Shown: piece by piece, positions 1 to 8,077 of the stretch
How positions within the stretch are numbered: the stretch's first letter is position 1
How the letters are laid out: each line of letters starts with the position of its first letter
Virus record (IMG/VR): IMGVR_UViG_3300044878_000023
Coordinates: 1-45,011 of that record
Source of the DNA: a virus
Lineage: Duplodnaviria; Caudoviricetes
DNA length: 45,011 bases
Direction: 5' to 3' (one strand)
Program-made: the position numbers and the translations under genes
Notes under the pieces: model-generated
Database searches by the model: none
Told to the model about the DNA's origin: nothing
Seen by the model: only the letters and a program-made list of their open reading frames with translations

Positions 1-369
1 GGACGGCTAGGGACTGTGCTCGCTACATCGGCGGAGATTATGGGAGTGTTTACGCGTGCCTGCGGGGGGACCGTCGCTCTCATATGGGATACACATTTAG
101 GTACTACGATGAATGGTATGGAGAGAATGTTGCATAAAGCTGTTTGCGCCTGCTCAGATTCAAATTGCACTAAAGAAAAGTCACAGTCCCCTATGGGCTG
201 GGTACATACTAGGCCTAAAATCTAATGGTTCTATATCGCTTTTGCGGACAGCTGTTCCCGCATGAAGGTCATTGGATTCATAAAGGTGCGCGTAACATCG
301 CCGGAGCTGCCGACTATCAGTGTGTCGGTTGGTCTTACGAGAACGCGTTCGAAGAAGTTAGGGAACGAA

Positions 370-702
370 ATGTTTGAGACTGTACTCGATAGATGTTCTA
401 TGCATCACTATCCTCATGGTCGTCACGAATGGCGCGAAGGGTTTCTATGGTTGAGGAAACGTGTCTGTCACGGTATTCCGAAACATGGCGAGGATTTCAT
501 GGGTCGACCCATTGTTGCGCCACATAGACATTTTTATAAGGTTGGCTATAAAAACTACTTCATGATTAGTTGGGATTGTGTCGCTTGCACCAAAACAATA
601 ATCATGTCGAGATTGGACTATCAGGACGCTGTATTAAACAACATCAAGATCAAAGAAGCAGTAGGAGCCTGTGGAAAGCTAGATGCGGAGTGCACATGCT
701 AG
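370..702 (+). CDS. hypothetical Cys/His-rich protein
   Basis: ATG at 370 after a purine-rich GGGAACGAAA stretch; CxxC and His motifs; coupled to next ORF. Confidence 0.55.
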   Translation: MFETVLDRCSMHHYPHGRHEWREGFLWLRKRVCHGIPKHGEDFMGRPIVAPHRHFYKVGYKNYFMISWDCVACTKTIIMSRLDYQDAVLNNIKIKEAVGACGKLDAECTC

Positions 703-806
703 AATTAGAGAATCTCTTCTGTGGCTGGAAAATTCGCCACGATGCTCACGAAGTACATATCTTCGATCACCTCGCAGGTAAATGTGGCGGATGGGATGTC
801 AAGTAA
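696..806 (+). CDS. small hypothetical protein (36 aa)
   Basis: ATG overlaps upstream stop; stop abuts helicase start. Confidence 0.45.
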   Translation: MLELENLFCGWKIRHDAHEVHIFDHLAGKCGGWDVK

Positions 807-2036
807 TTGCCTGCAGTAGAACTATACCCACATCAATTAAAAGCAATCGAGGAGATGAAGAATGGTTGTATCCTTGACGGAGATGTCGGCACTGGTAAGT
901 CGATTACAGCAGTCGCTTATTTCGTTCTCAAAGTGTGTAAAGGCGATATACGAGTCAATGGCTTCGGCGATCACGTCCCTATGCAAGAGCCTCGAGACCT
1001 TTATATCATCACTACAGCGAAGAAGCGCGACAATCTCGATTGGGAAGAGGAGTGCGCGAAATTCAACCTCTCTACCAAATGGGAACTGGGTCATACTGGG
1101 ACACAGGTATTCGTTGACTCATGGAACAACATTGAGAAGTATAAGGACGTAGAGAATGCCTTCTTCATCTTTGATGAGCAAAGAGCTGTCGGGTTTGGAG
1201 TTTGGAGTAAGAGTCTCATCCACATCGCTAAACGAAACAAGTGGGTCATGCTTTCAGCAACCCCCGGGGACGTCTGGATGGACTACTGTCCGTTGTTCAT
1301 TGCAAATGGATTCTACAAGAACAAAACGGACTTCGCAGATCAACACGTTGTTTACAAACGGTTTAGCAAATTCCCTAAGATTGACAAATATATCAATACC
1401 GGCACACTTCTCAGGCATCGACGGAACATCACTGTCCTCATGCCTTACCCTAGGCACACCAAGCGGCATATTCAGCATGTCCCGGTACGATACGATGAAG
1501 CCGCATTCGAGAAGGTCTGGAAAAAGCGTTGGCACATCTATGAAGACCGACCACTCAAGGATGTTGGGGAACTCTTCATTGTTGCACGCAAGCTCGTCAA
1601 TTCTCACACATCGAGACTCAAAGCAATCTCTGAACTACTCGACAAGCACGATCGCCTCATCGTCTTCTACAACTTCAATTACGAACTCGATGACCTCCGT
1701 ACGCTGGCGAAACTACACGGAATAAAGTCTGCTGAGTGGAACGGACACAAGCATGAAGACGTACCCAAGACCAAGAAGTGGGTATACCTTGTACAGTACA
1801 CCGCCGGAGCTGAGGGTTGGAACTGTATCTCAACTGACGCTATGGCTTTCTTCTCGCTTAACTACAGCTACAAGATTAACCATCAGGCCAAGGGTCGGAT
1901 TGATCGTCTCAACACCAATTACGTCGATCTGTACTACTACATTCTCAAGTCCAACAGTATGATCGACAAAGCTATTCTCCGATCCATCATGGAGAAGCGG
2001 AATTTCAACGAAAAGGATTTGGTGGCATCACTATGA
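807..2036 (+). CDS. SF2 (SNF2/DEAD-like) DNA helicase
   Basis: Q-motif LYPHQ, Walker A GDVGTGKS, Walker B FIFDE, motif III SAT, motif VI QAKGRIDR. Confidence 0.92.
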   Translation: MPAVELYPHQLKAIEEMKNGCILDGDVGTGKSITAVAYFVLKVCKGDIRVNGFGDHVPMQEPRDLYIITTAKKRDNLDWEEECAKFNLSTKWELGHTGTQVFVDSWNNIEKYKDVENAFFIFDEQRAVGFGVWSKSLIHIAKRNKWVMLSATPGDVWMDYCPLFIANGFYKNKTDFADQHVVYKRFSKFPKIDKYINTGTLLRHRRNITVLMPYPRHTKRHIQHVPVRYDEAAFEKVWKKRWHIYEDRPLKDVGELFIVARKLVNSHTSRLKAISELLDKHDRLIVFYNFNYELDDLRTLAKLHGIKSAEWNGHKHEDVPKTKKWVYLVQYTAGAEGWNCISTDAMAFFSLNYSYKINHQAKGRIDRLNTNYVDLYYYILKSNSMIDKAILRSIMEKRNFNEKDLVASL

Positions 2037-2266
2037 GTGCTGTTATGAAAGCAATCAAGATCACTAAAGAGAACAAGGCTCGACTTGAGATCCAGTATAA
2101 TTTGGATACTGGTTACTTGGAGTTCTCATCAGGTCTATATTTGGTTTCCCTGTTCGGGGAAAACGCTATGTACGAGGGACTATTCACCACACTCGGCTAC
2201 AAGACGCGCTTCGAAGAGACTGGTAAGAAGCTCAAGAACGACTACGTAGAGGTAACGCCCAAGTAG
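2033..2266 (+). CDS. hypothetical protein
   Basis: ATGA overlap with helicase stop. Confidence 0.7.
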   Translation: MSAVMKAIKITKENKARLEIQYNLDTGYLEFSSGLYLVSLFGENAMYEGLFTTLGYKTRFEETGKKLKNDYVEVTPK

Positions 2267-2267
2267 T

Positions 2268-2295
2268 CGCAGTATTTACATACCCTATTATGAGA
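2268..2295 (+). promoter_or_regulatory. copy of phage-specific promoter-like motif
   Basis: CGC-agtatt-TACA-taccc-TATTAT-GAGA matches the motif repeated at 37.6-44.1 kb. Confidence 0.75.
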
Positions 2296-2335
2296 ACCAC
2301 CAGTCATCCCCCATGGCTGGTGGTTCTCTTTTTTT
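2292..2335 (+). terminator. 16-bp hairpin + T7 directly after the promoter motif (attenuator or tiny RNA)
   Basis: GAGAACCACCAGTCAT-ccccc-ATGGCTGGTGGTTCTC-TTTTTTT. Confidence 0.75.
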
Positions 2336-2351
2336 CTTGAAAGGAAAACTG

Positions 2352-2705
2352 ATGAAAAACTTTAAGCCCTCTGATCTCCCCCTCGGAACTACTATCGAAG
2401 ATAAGACCGAAGGGACGTGGACTTCAAACTCTGTAGGTATGTGGGAGCCCTCGATTTACCACTGCGTTGATTGTCTCGACGATGACAAGATCACCGACGA
2501 AGCTGCTGACGATTTGTTCAAAAACTTCGAGATTGTGTCTATTCCCTACGGCGTCGCGGTACAGCTGGCAATCATGCTTCGGGACGAATACGGTACCGTC
2601 GACGCTGAAGGTGAAGCCATCACTGTGGACGGCCTCATTGCGGATGCGATCGTCGCCGATGGCTCTGCACAGCAGCGGGAAGATGCAGAGAAGGAAGTCG
2701 AGTAA
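2352..2705 (+). CDS. hypothetical protein, paralog of 2915..3313
   Basis: RBS AAAGGA, ATG 2352; KPSDLPLGTTI vs KPSELPVNTVI. Confidence 0.75.
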   Translation: MKNFKPSDLPLGTTIEDKTEGTWTSNSVGMWEPSIYHCVDCLDDDKITDEAADDLFKNFEIVSIPYGVAVQLAIMLRDEYGTVDAEGEAITVDGLIADAIVADGSAQQREDAEKEVE

Positions 2706-2914
2706 TGCACCCTGAAGACATGATCGACCCCGGAACGTATGAGGATGCGGCCACCGGAGATATTTGGACAAAAACAACTGCGGGTAACTGGTATGTGAAT
2801 GGAATTCCTCACAAGCCTTTTCCGCATTCGCTTGTACCTGAGCAGCGACGTAGTAATACCCCGGCAGTCTCAATCGAGGATGCTATACGGATGTCTAAAG
2901 AAGAGGATAGGTAA
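2705..2914 (+). CDS. hypothetical protein
   Basis: TAATG coupling; weak similarity to N-terminus of 2352 ORF. Confidence 0.65.
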   Translation: MHPEDMIDPGTYEDAATGDIWTKTTAGNWYVNGIPHKPFPHSLVPEQRRSNTPAVSIEDAIRMSKEEDR

Positions 2915-3313
2915 ATGGAAAATCCAAAACCTTCAGAACTTCCAGTCAACACCGTTATCGGTACAATTGGGCCGCACTATCAGGAACTCTTCATTAAGAG
3001 AGCCGATGGTATCTGGGAGGATCTATTCAGTGGCTGCGGTTGCTGTGAACCACATGTACGTGTGTCGGACGAGGGATGGCCCGAAGAGAAAGAACCATCT
3101 ACATATTCATTATCTTGCCCAGTGACTAGGAACGAGACTTCAGACGAGTATTTCGGTACCGACTTTAAGCTCATTGCGCTACCAGTTTCAGTGCCTAGAT
3201 TTTTGGCTGGCGTACTCGCCTTCGGTTCCAGCAAGGGAGAGACTGTTGAGAGCGAGATGGTCGACGCCGTTAAAGCAGTTGTCCTAGAAGAAAAGTCTCA
3301 GGAGAAAACCTAG
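2915..3313 (+). CDS. hypothetical protein, paralog of 2352..2705
   Basis: Abuts previous stop; GAGGA RBS; shared motifs. Confidence 0.75.
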   Translation: MENPKPSELPVNTVIGTIGPHYQELFIKRADGIWEDLFSGCGCCEPHVRVSDEGWPEEKEPSTYSLSCPVTRNETSDEYFGTDFKLIALPVSVPRFLAGVLAFGSSKGETVESEMVDAVKAVVLEEKSQEKT

Positions 3314-3636
3314 TGCCCAAGAAGCCTGACATCTATAAGCGTGCTCGAGGCTACGGACTCTTGGAACGGCTACGTACAGAAATTGTCAATGACGAGATCT
3401 GGGTAGCCGTTCCGGGGTTTCCCGAGTATGAGGTAAACGCTAACCGGCAGGTCCGGAGAGTAACTACCAAGCACTATCAGAACCCCTTCACGTACCCTCA
3501 GCGACCTTACGAGGGCGAGTTCGTCGAGTTCTGGTGCAACAAGCAGAAGTACATCATGTCGCTGGATGCGATCATGGAGGGGGCATTTGGTAGTGGGAGT
3601 ACAGGAACAGCTGCGACTGGCACACACGATGTGTGA
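3313..3636 (+). CDS. NUMOD4-like domain protein
   Basis: WVAVPGFPEYEVNANRQVRR resembles NUMOD4 consensus WKxIPGYExYEVSxxGxVRS; AGGAG RBS. Confidence 0.7.
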   Translation: MPKKPDIYKRARGYGLLERLRTEIVNDEIWVAVPGFPEYEVNANRQVRRVTTKHYQNPFTYPQRPYEGEFVEFWCNKQKYIMSLDAIMEGAFGSGSTGTAATGTHDV

Positions 3637-3781
3637 TCGAGTCAATGTCGATAGGTTTGATGGGACTCGTTATGTTTCTATTGAACGCAAAGCGGCTAAA
3701 TACTACGGTCGTCCTGTAGACATGACGCGCGTTGCATGGGCTATCAAATTCAAATCACAAGGAAGGCCTGAACGTGGCTGA
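3629..3781 (+). CDS. small hypothetical protein
   Basis: 8-bp overlaps with both neighbours fill the operon. Confidence 0.5.
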   Translation: MCDRVNVDRFDGTRYVSIERKAAKYYGRPVDMTRVAWAIKFKSQGRPERG

Positions 3782-4184
3782 GCAAGATCCGGAACCGGGC
3801 GCTAGGATTTGGCGAGTACTCCCCGAGTTCCCTAAGTACGAAATCGACAGTGACGGACAGGTTCGTAACCGTCGCACTCAACGTCCTCTCGTAGAGACTC
3901 AGGACCCTCGTAGCGGTACTTGGTATTACTCTTTGAACACCGGTAGCAGTAACAAACATAAGGCTAAGAGAACGTACGAGAAGCTTCTCCACAGCGCATT
4001 CCCGGAACTTGATCCGGGCTGGAAGGCTATCCCAAACTTCCCTGACTACGAGGTAAATCGCGAAGGTCAAGTGCGCAGTAAGCTTCGGTTTAAGCCTATC
4101 GGTCTTACTCGAAGCGGCCACTACCGACTCTATAAGCTTATCGACGGTGTACGCACACGGCATTATTGGAAGGATGCGGCATGA
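3774..4184 (+). CDS. tandem NUMOD4-like domain protein
   Basis: WRVLPEFPKYEIDSDGQVRN and WKAIPNFPDYEVNREGQVRS; GTG start after AAGGAAGG. Confidence 0.75.
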   Translation: MAEQDPEPGARIWRVLPEFPKYEIDSDGQVRNRRTQRPLVETQDPRSGTWYYSLNTGSSNKHKAKRTYEKLLHSAFPELDPGWKAIPNFPDYEVNREGQVRSKLRFKPIGLTRSGHYRLYKLIDGVRTRHYWKDAA

Positions 4185-4372
4185 GTGAGCGAACCCCGAT
4201 CAAAGAATCAGCATGGTGGGGAGTGCTTAGTTGGCTCGTACTTCTAGGAATCGTTAGTACCAGTATTCTCCAGTTCTTTGGAGGATCTCACATTTGGCCT
4301 CCCCTGTTTCTAGCAGGACTTGTAGCCATCTTTATCCGCTACTGGGTACGAGCTTATAAGGCTCGTGATTGA
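4181..4372 (+). CDS. small two-TM membrane protein
   Basis: Two hydrophobic stretches; ATGA overlap; AAGGA RBS. Confidence 0.7.
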   Translation: MSERTPIKESAWWGVLSWLVLLGIVSTSILQFFGGSHIWPPLFLAGLVAIFIRYWVRAYKARD

Positions 4373-4467
4373 GAACTGGACAAAGAGCTTGGATTAAAGT
4401 CTTCTTGATCTACTCGATCGTGGGACTCACGTTTACTACAATTAGTCAATTCATTTAAAGGAGAACT

Positions 4468-4980
4468 ATGAAGACTGTAAGACTGCCTATTTACAATGAG
4501 CAGGGCATTATGACCGCGGAAGTTCTCGAGGTGGATATTTACTTCTTCATCACCAACACTTCGGGGCTCATCTCTTCTAAGGCTCGGATAATCCCAGCAC
4601 CTATGGCTGATTGGGAGCTGGAGCTCATGGAGGAAACTATCGCAGAGGCTAAGAAAGAAGTACAGCTGGTAGATGTTGTATCCATGCACCCGACACTCAC
4701 TTGGGAAGAGCTTGAGATGTTGAGCGCTGCGAGTGCTGAGGATTTCGACACGGCGCCAACAGATTGTGAGTGGCGTGGTCTTGGCGGCATCCCTAGTAAG
4801 AATTTCGAGATCAATCAAGATGGACTGATTCGCCACAAGGGTACAAAAAAGGTTCTCGAGGTTGAGTATGACATTGACCAGAATGCCTACCGATCGAATT
4901 TGACCATCAACGGTGGACACTTCTCCATCTATGGACCGGCACTGGCTGAGCGTATGTGGAAGGCTGTTGTAAGTGGCTGA
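4468..4980 (+). CDS. hypothetical protein with divergent C-terminal NUMOD4-like domain
   Basis: AAAGGAG RBS; EWRGLGGIPSKNFEINQDGLIR. Confidence 0.75.
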   Translation: MKTVRLPIYNEQGIMTAEVLEVDIYFFITNTSGLISSKARIIPAPMADWELELMEETIAEAKKEVQLVDVVSMHPTLTWEELEMLSAASAEDFDTAPTDCEWRGLGGIPSKNFEINQDGLIRHKGTKKVLEVEYDIDQNAYRSNLTINGGHFSIYGPALAERMWKAVVSG

Positions 4981-5170
4981 GGCGGATCTTGTAGCTGTAG
5001 GACCTGACTGGACTCTCTCATACTCGGTAGTGACTGAGGCGGGATTCCCGTATGGTCTGCAGTGCATGGCGTGTCATCGAGGACTAGACGTTGGTCAGCC
5101 TTATGCTGAGCACGTATCAGGAATGATCGATGGTATACCAATAGTCAACCTTACCTGTGTTTATTGTTAG
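4973..5170 (+). CDS. small zinc-ribbon-like protein
   Basis: CMAC...CVYC; overlaps upstream stop. Confidence 0.65.
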   Translation: MAEADLVAVGPDWTLSYSVVTEAGFPYGLQCMACHRGLDVGQPYAEHVSGMIDGIPIVNLTCVYC

Positions 5171-5178
5171 GAGATTTC

Positions 5179-5445
5179 ATGCGAGTAGTAATGTTTGGAA
5201 CAGACAGGCACGCTCACATCTGGGGATTGCGTAATGGTGTTGATCGTAAGAACATCATCCTCGCAACTCGTCTGGATGTCGTAGAGTTCATCCGTGGCGA
5301 GAAAGAACTGACAGTGGTTAGTGTGCCTCACGAGAAGTGGCTCCCGAATACCTATGCAGGCGAGCAGGCTGTCAAAGCGTCTGAGAGGGCTATCAGGCAC
5401 CGTAAGGAACAAGGCGTTACTGTCACTGAGGTGAAGCTGGAGTGA
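5179..5445 (+). CDS. hypothetical protein
   Basis: AGGAG RBS, ATG 5179; similar FG...W..xxG..xKN..LA pattern as in 6872 ORF. Confidence 0.7.
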   Translation: MRVVMFGTDRHAHIWGLRNGVDRKNIILATRLDVVEFIRGEKELTVVSVPHEKWLPNTYAGEQAVKASERAIRHRKEQGVTVTEVKLE

Positions 5446-5627
5446 CATTTTTAATTACTCAAGAAGAGTACGACGCACAACTACGTTGGTTTGATGAGAA
5501 CGATAAGCCTCTATCCAAAGAGTCATTTCTTAAAACATATGACGTTTACTACACCCCTGCTCGATTTGATTTGCTGATGAATCTCAATGAGCGTGTGAAA
5601 AACGCAACATGGACGGCGAATGTATGA
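5442..5627 (+). CDS. hypothetical protein
   Basis: GTGA overlap, GAGGTG RBS. Confidence 0.65.
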   Translation: MTFLITQEEYDAQLRWFDENDKPLSKESFLKTYDVYYTPARFDLLMNLNERVKNATWTANV

Positions 5628-6106
5628 CTGAAGAACTTTCTATCAAATTCAAATTAAATAAACAAGCTCCGATTGTTTATGAGACACAAATCGAGGGAAT
5701 GCGTCAGCTTGTAAGTCCGGAGCGATTTAAACCGATTGAAGAGTTTGTTCGCGCTCACTGCAGAATCGTCGATGATAGCGAAAAATTTGACGACGTCTAT
5801 GAGACATGGGCTCGAATAAGAGAGCAGATATACGCTTCCGAATTAAAAAGGCTGGGGAGTCTACCAATTGAACAAGGAACAAACCTCGACACCCTCAAAT
5901 CAGACGGGGTCTATCGAGTGGCGAGCAATCCGGACGTTTCCGGGGTACGAGGTCTCGGACACAGGCCGAGTTCGGTCTACATTGACGAACCGCATTATTT
6001 CGCAGCGTTCCACTGCTGGTGGGGCGATGGTGTTACTGCATCGAAATGGATGGAACACCGAGTGTTTTGTAAAAGAGCTGTACTTGCGTGCCTATCCGGA
6101 GAGTAG
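5624..6106 (+). CDS. hypothetical protein
   Basis: ATGA overlap at 5624; 3' half overlaps NUMOD4-like ORF in another frame. Confidence 0.6.
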   Translation: MTEELSIKFKLNKQAPIVYETQIEGMRQLVSPERFKPIEEFVRAHCRIVDDSEKFDDVYETWARIREQIYASELKRLGSLPIEQGTNLDTLKSDGVYRVASNPDVSGVRGLGHRPSSVYIDEPHYFAAFHCWWGDGVTASKWMEHRVFCKRAVLACLSGE

Positions 6107-6158
6107 AACTTCGGAGCACAAATTCGTAAACGTCCCGGGATTAAAGAGGGTAGCATGA
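5868..6158 (+). CDS. NUMOD4-like domain protein
   Basis: EWRAIRTFPGYEVSDTGRVRS; TTG after GGGGAG; stop coupled to next ATG. Confidence 0.65.
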   Translation: MNKEQTSTPSNQTGSIEWRAIRTFPGYEVSDTGRVRSTLTNRIISQRSTAGGAMVLLHRNGWNTECFVKELYLRAYPESRTSEHKFVNVPGLKRVA

Positions 6159-6265
6159 GTTGGGATAAATTCTGGAACTTAGTTGGAGCTACGGTATTGG
6201 TGCTGGTAGTGCTTAGTTGGGTAGTTCTTGGAGTTGTACACCTTGGGAGGATGATGTTCGGATGA
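6155..6265 (+). CDS. small membrane protein (36 aa, not in ORF track)
   Basis: MSWDKFWNLVGATVLVLVVLSWVVLGVVHLGRMMFG; ATGA overlaps at both ends. Confidence 0.65.
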   Translation: MSWDKFWNLVGATVLVLVVLSWVVLGVVHLGRMMFG

Positions 6266-6615
6266 GTAACACAGTTCGATGGCGTGAGATCCCAGATTAC
6301 GAGGACTACGAGGTTAGTAGTGACGGTCGAGTGACACATGTCGATACCGGTAATGTCGAACCTGAGAATGTGATGGGTTCGAAAGCATATTTGATCTTTC
6401 GCAAGTCTGATGGATTGCAGTTTCTTGCGAGGCCTAGTGAGCTAATGATGATTGTCTTTCCGGAGCTCTCGGCTGTGGAAGCTATTAAATACGACCACTT
6501 CCCTCGAACTCTAGAGATGGTTCTTAAAGAACGAGAAGAGCTGGATGCTTACTACTTTAAACGCAGCAATCAACTAACGGGCGAGTTCGAACGACTTTTG
6601 AAGGATCGTGAATGA
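6262..6615 (+). CDS. NUMOD4-like domain protein
   Basis: WREIPDYEDYEVSSDGRV; GGAGG RBS. Confidence 0.75.
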   Translation: MSNTVRWREIPDYEDYEVSSDGRVTHVDTGNVEPENVMGSKAYLIFRKSDGLQFLARPSELMMIVFPELSAVEAIKYDHFPRTLEMVLKEREELDAYYFKRSNQLTGEFERLLKDRE

Positions 6616-6869
6616 TGAATTGGATCTGGACGGTAGTAATCGTCGCGTATCTGGTAATCGGCTTTAAGCGGATTCCGGTCTACTACAAGCGGGTAGACGA
6701 GCACAGCGCCAACGAGTATCCACACTGGTATCGTGACGGTAGTATGCACACGACTATACTCTGGTCAACGCTAGGTCTCTGTCTGGTCTGGCCTCTCTAT
6801 GAAGTATATGTGGCGATCACAAGATTCATGACTTGGTACATCGTACGCATTCTAAAAGCTAAGGAGTAA
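6612..6869 (+). CDS. membrane protein
   Basis: Two hydrophobic segments; AAGGA RBS, ATGA overlap. Confidence 0.7.
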   Translation: MMNWIWTVVIVAYLVIGFKRIPVYYKRVDEHSANEYPHWYRDGSMHTTILWSTLGLCLVWPLYEVYVAITRFMTWYIVRILKAKE

Positions 6870-6871
6870 TA

Positions 6872-7300
6872 GTGAGTGAGCGTCAAGTAATTATCAATCG
6901 CTGGCATTGGGATGAGGTATCTGACGCATTGATCGGGTCAGTACCATCACACATTCAGGTTTGGATAGACGAGCACTTTAAGATCAGGACGATACCAAAT
7001 TGCACCTGTCGTTGCGATATCCCAGTCCTATACATCTTCTTCGGCTACAAGAAGGAACTGACTAAGTGGCGACTCAAGCATGGTATTGCTGCTAAGAACA
7101 CGTTCCTTGCAAGGGACTGGGAGAAGATGGCGGGCATTCGAGCTCGTCCCGTTCCCGTGTATGACTGGGGATGGATGAACAACAACGTCCGGCATGAGAT
7201 CGTTCTACAAGCACGGGAAGTGATCTATGAGATGGAGTCGAAGTTTGGCTCAGGACCGGAACTATACAGATCTTATGATGAGGATGTTATTAATGGGTAA
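6872..7300 (+). CDS. hypothetical protein
   Basis: AAGGAG RBS, GTG start. Confidence 0.7.
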   Translation: MSERQVIINRWHWDEVSDALIGSVPSHIQVWIDEHFKIRTIPNCTCRCDIPVLYIFFGYKKELTKWRLKHGIAAKNTFLARDWEKMAGIRARPVPVYDWGWMNNNVRHEIVLQAREVIYEMESKFGSGPELYRSYDEDVING

Positions 7301-7622
7301 GTCAAGTCCTACCAAGTTGCAGCTCAAACACATGCCGGACATAGTAGTACTGGAGACTATATTCAGCATTCAGAATCAGTGGACTGTATGGGTGGGTGCT
7401 GCCGGTGAGATATCCACATATCGCGGGCATACCAATGAGGTAATCCCCGCACGAAAACTCTCTTACAGGAAGAAGGGGATGGCTAGTTTCTATGAGATCT
7501 CTGAAGCCTTGATGCCGATCCCGGAAAAGCTTATCTGGAGGAAGCTGTGGAAGCTCGAGAATCAACGCAAGATCGAGTCATATGGCCCAGCATCTATTCG
7601 GTTTCGGGTAGTAGACACCTAA
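7293..7622 (+). CDS. hypothetical protein
   Basis: GAGGA RBS, ATG 7293 overlapping upstream stop. Confidence 0.65.
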   Translation: MGKSSPTKLQLKHMPDIVVLETIFSIQNQWTVWVGAAGEISTYRGHTNEVIPARKLSYRKKGMASFYEISEALMPIPEKLIWRKLWKLENQRKIESYGPASIRFRVVDT

Positions 7623-7990
7623 AAACTGCTGGCCACTAATGGCCACTTGGCCACTTATGGTCCCAGTTTTGTGGGCGTTACTGTCCGAACTTTTTGAAAA
7701 GTGGCCAAAAAAGTGGGCAATCTGGCCAGAAACGTAAAAATAAGTGGCCAGCTATTGTGGGCAATGTCCGAACTTTGTGGGCGCTATTTGCTTGAAAAAC
7801 GGTAATATCTTGCCGTTTTTAGGTGTTTTAGGGTCAAATAGCGCCCACACGTATTGTAAAACTGTCCAAGTTGGCCACTTGCCCACTTATTTCTTAAAAC
7901 TTTTATGGAAAGGAAAAAAGAGTATATATAAAGAGTTTTGTCCACAAAGTGGCCAAGTGGCCAAAAAAGAGGTTTTCGGACATTGCCCAC
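7623..7990. repeat. iteron-like repeat region, putative replication origin
   Basis: Many (AA)GTGGCCA/GTGGGC copies in both orientations; perfect inverted repeats 7776-7790/7835-7849 and 7757-7772/7975-7990; AT-rich core about 7887-7940. Confidence 0.6.
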
Positions 7991-8059
7991 GCATTCTATA
8001 CATGGGTTATAATAGAAGGGATGAGATGTGCGTTTTAAAACGCATACTCTAATTTTTTT
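7990..8059 (+). promoter_or_regulatory. promoter-motif copy followed by hairpin and T7
   Basis: CGC-attcta-TACA-tgggt-TATAAT-agaag; hairpin 8023-8049; T run 8053-8059. Confidence 0.6.
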
Positions 8060-8077
8060 GCAACGCACGAGGACTAT

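Noticed and set aside
7744-8068. ORFs 7744..8052 (+) and 7784..8068 (-)
   Set aside because: They lie in the iteron/AT-rich region and cross the promoter and terminator; no RBS; low-quality translations.
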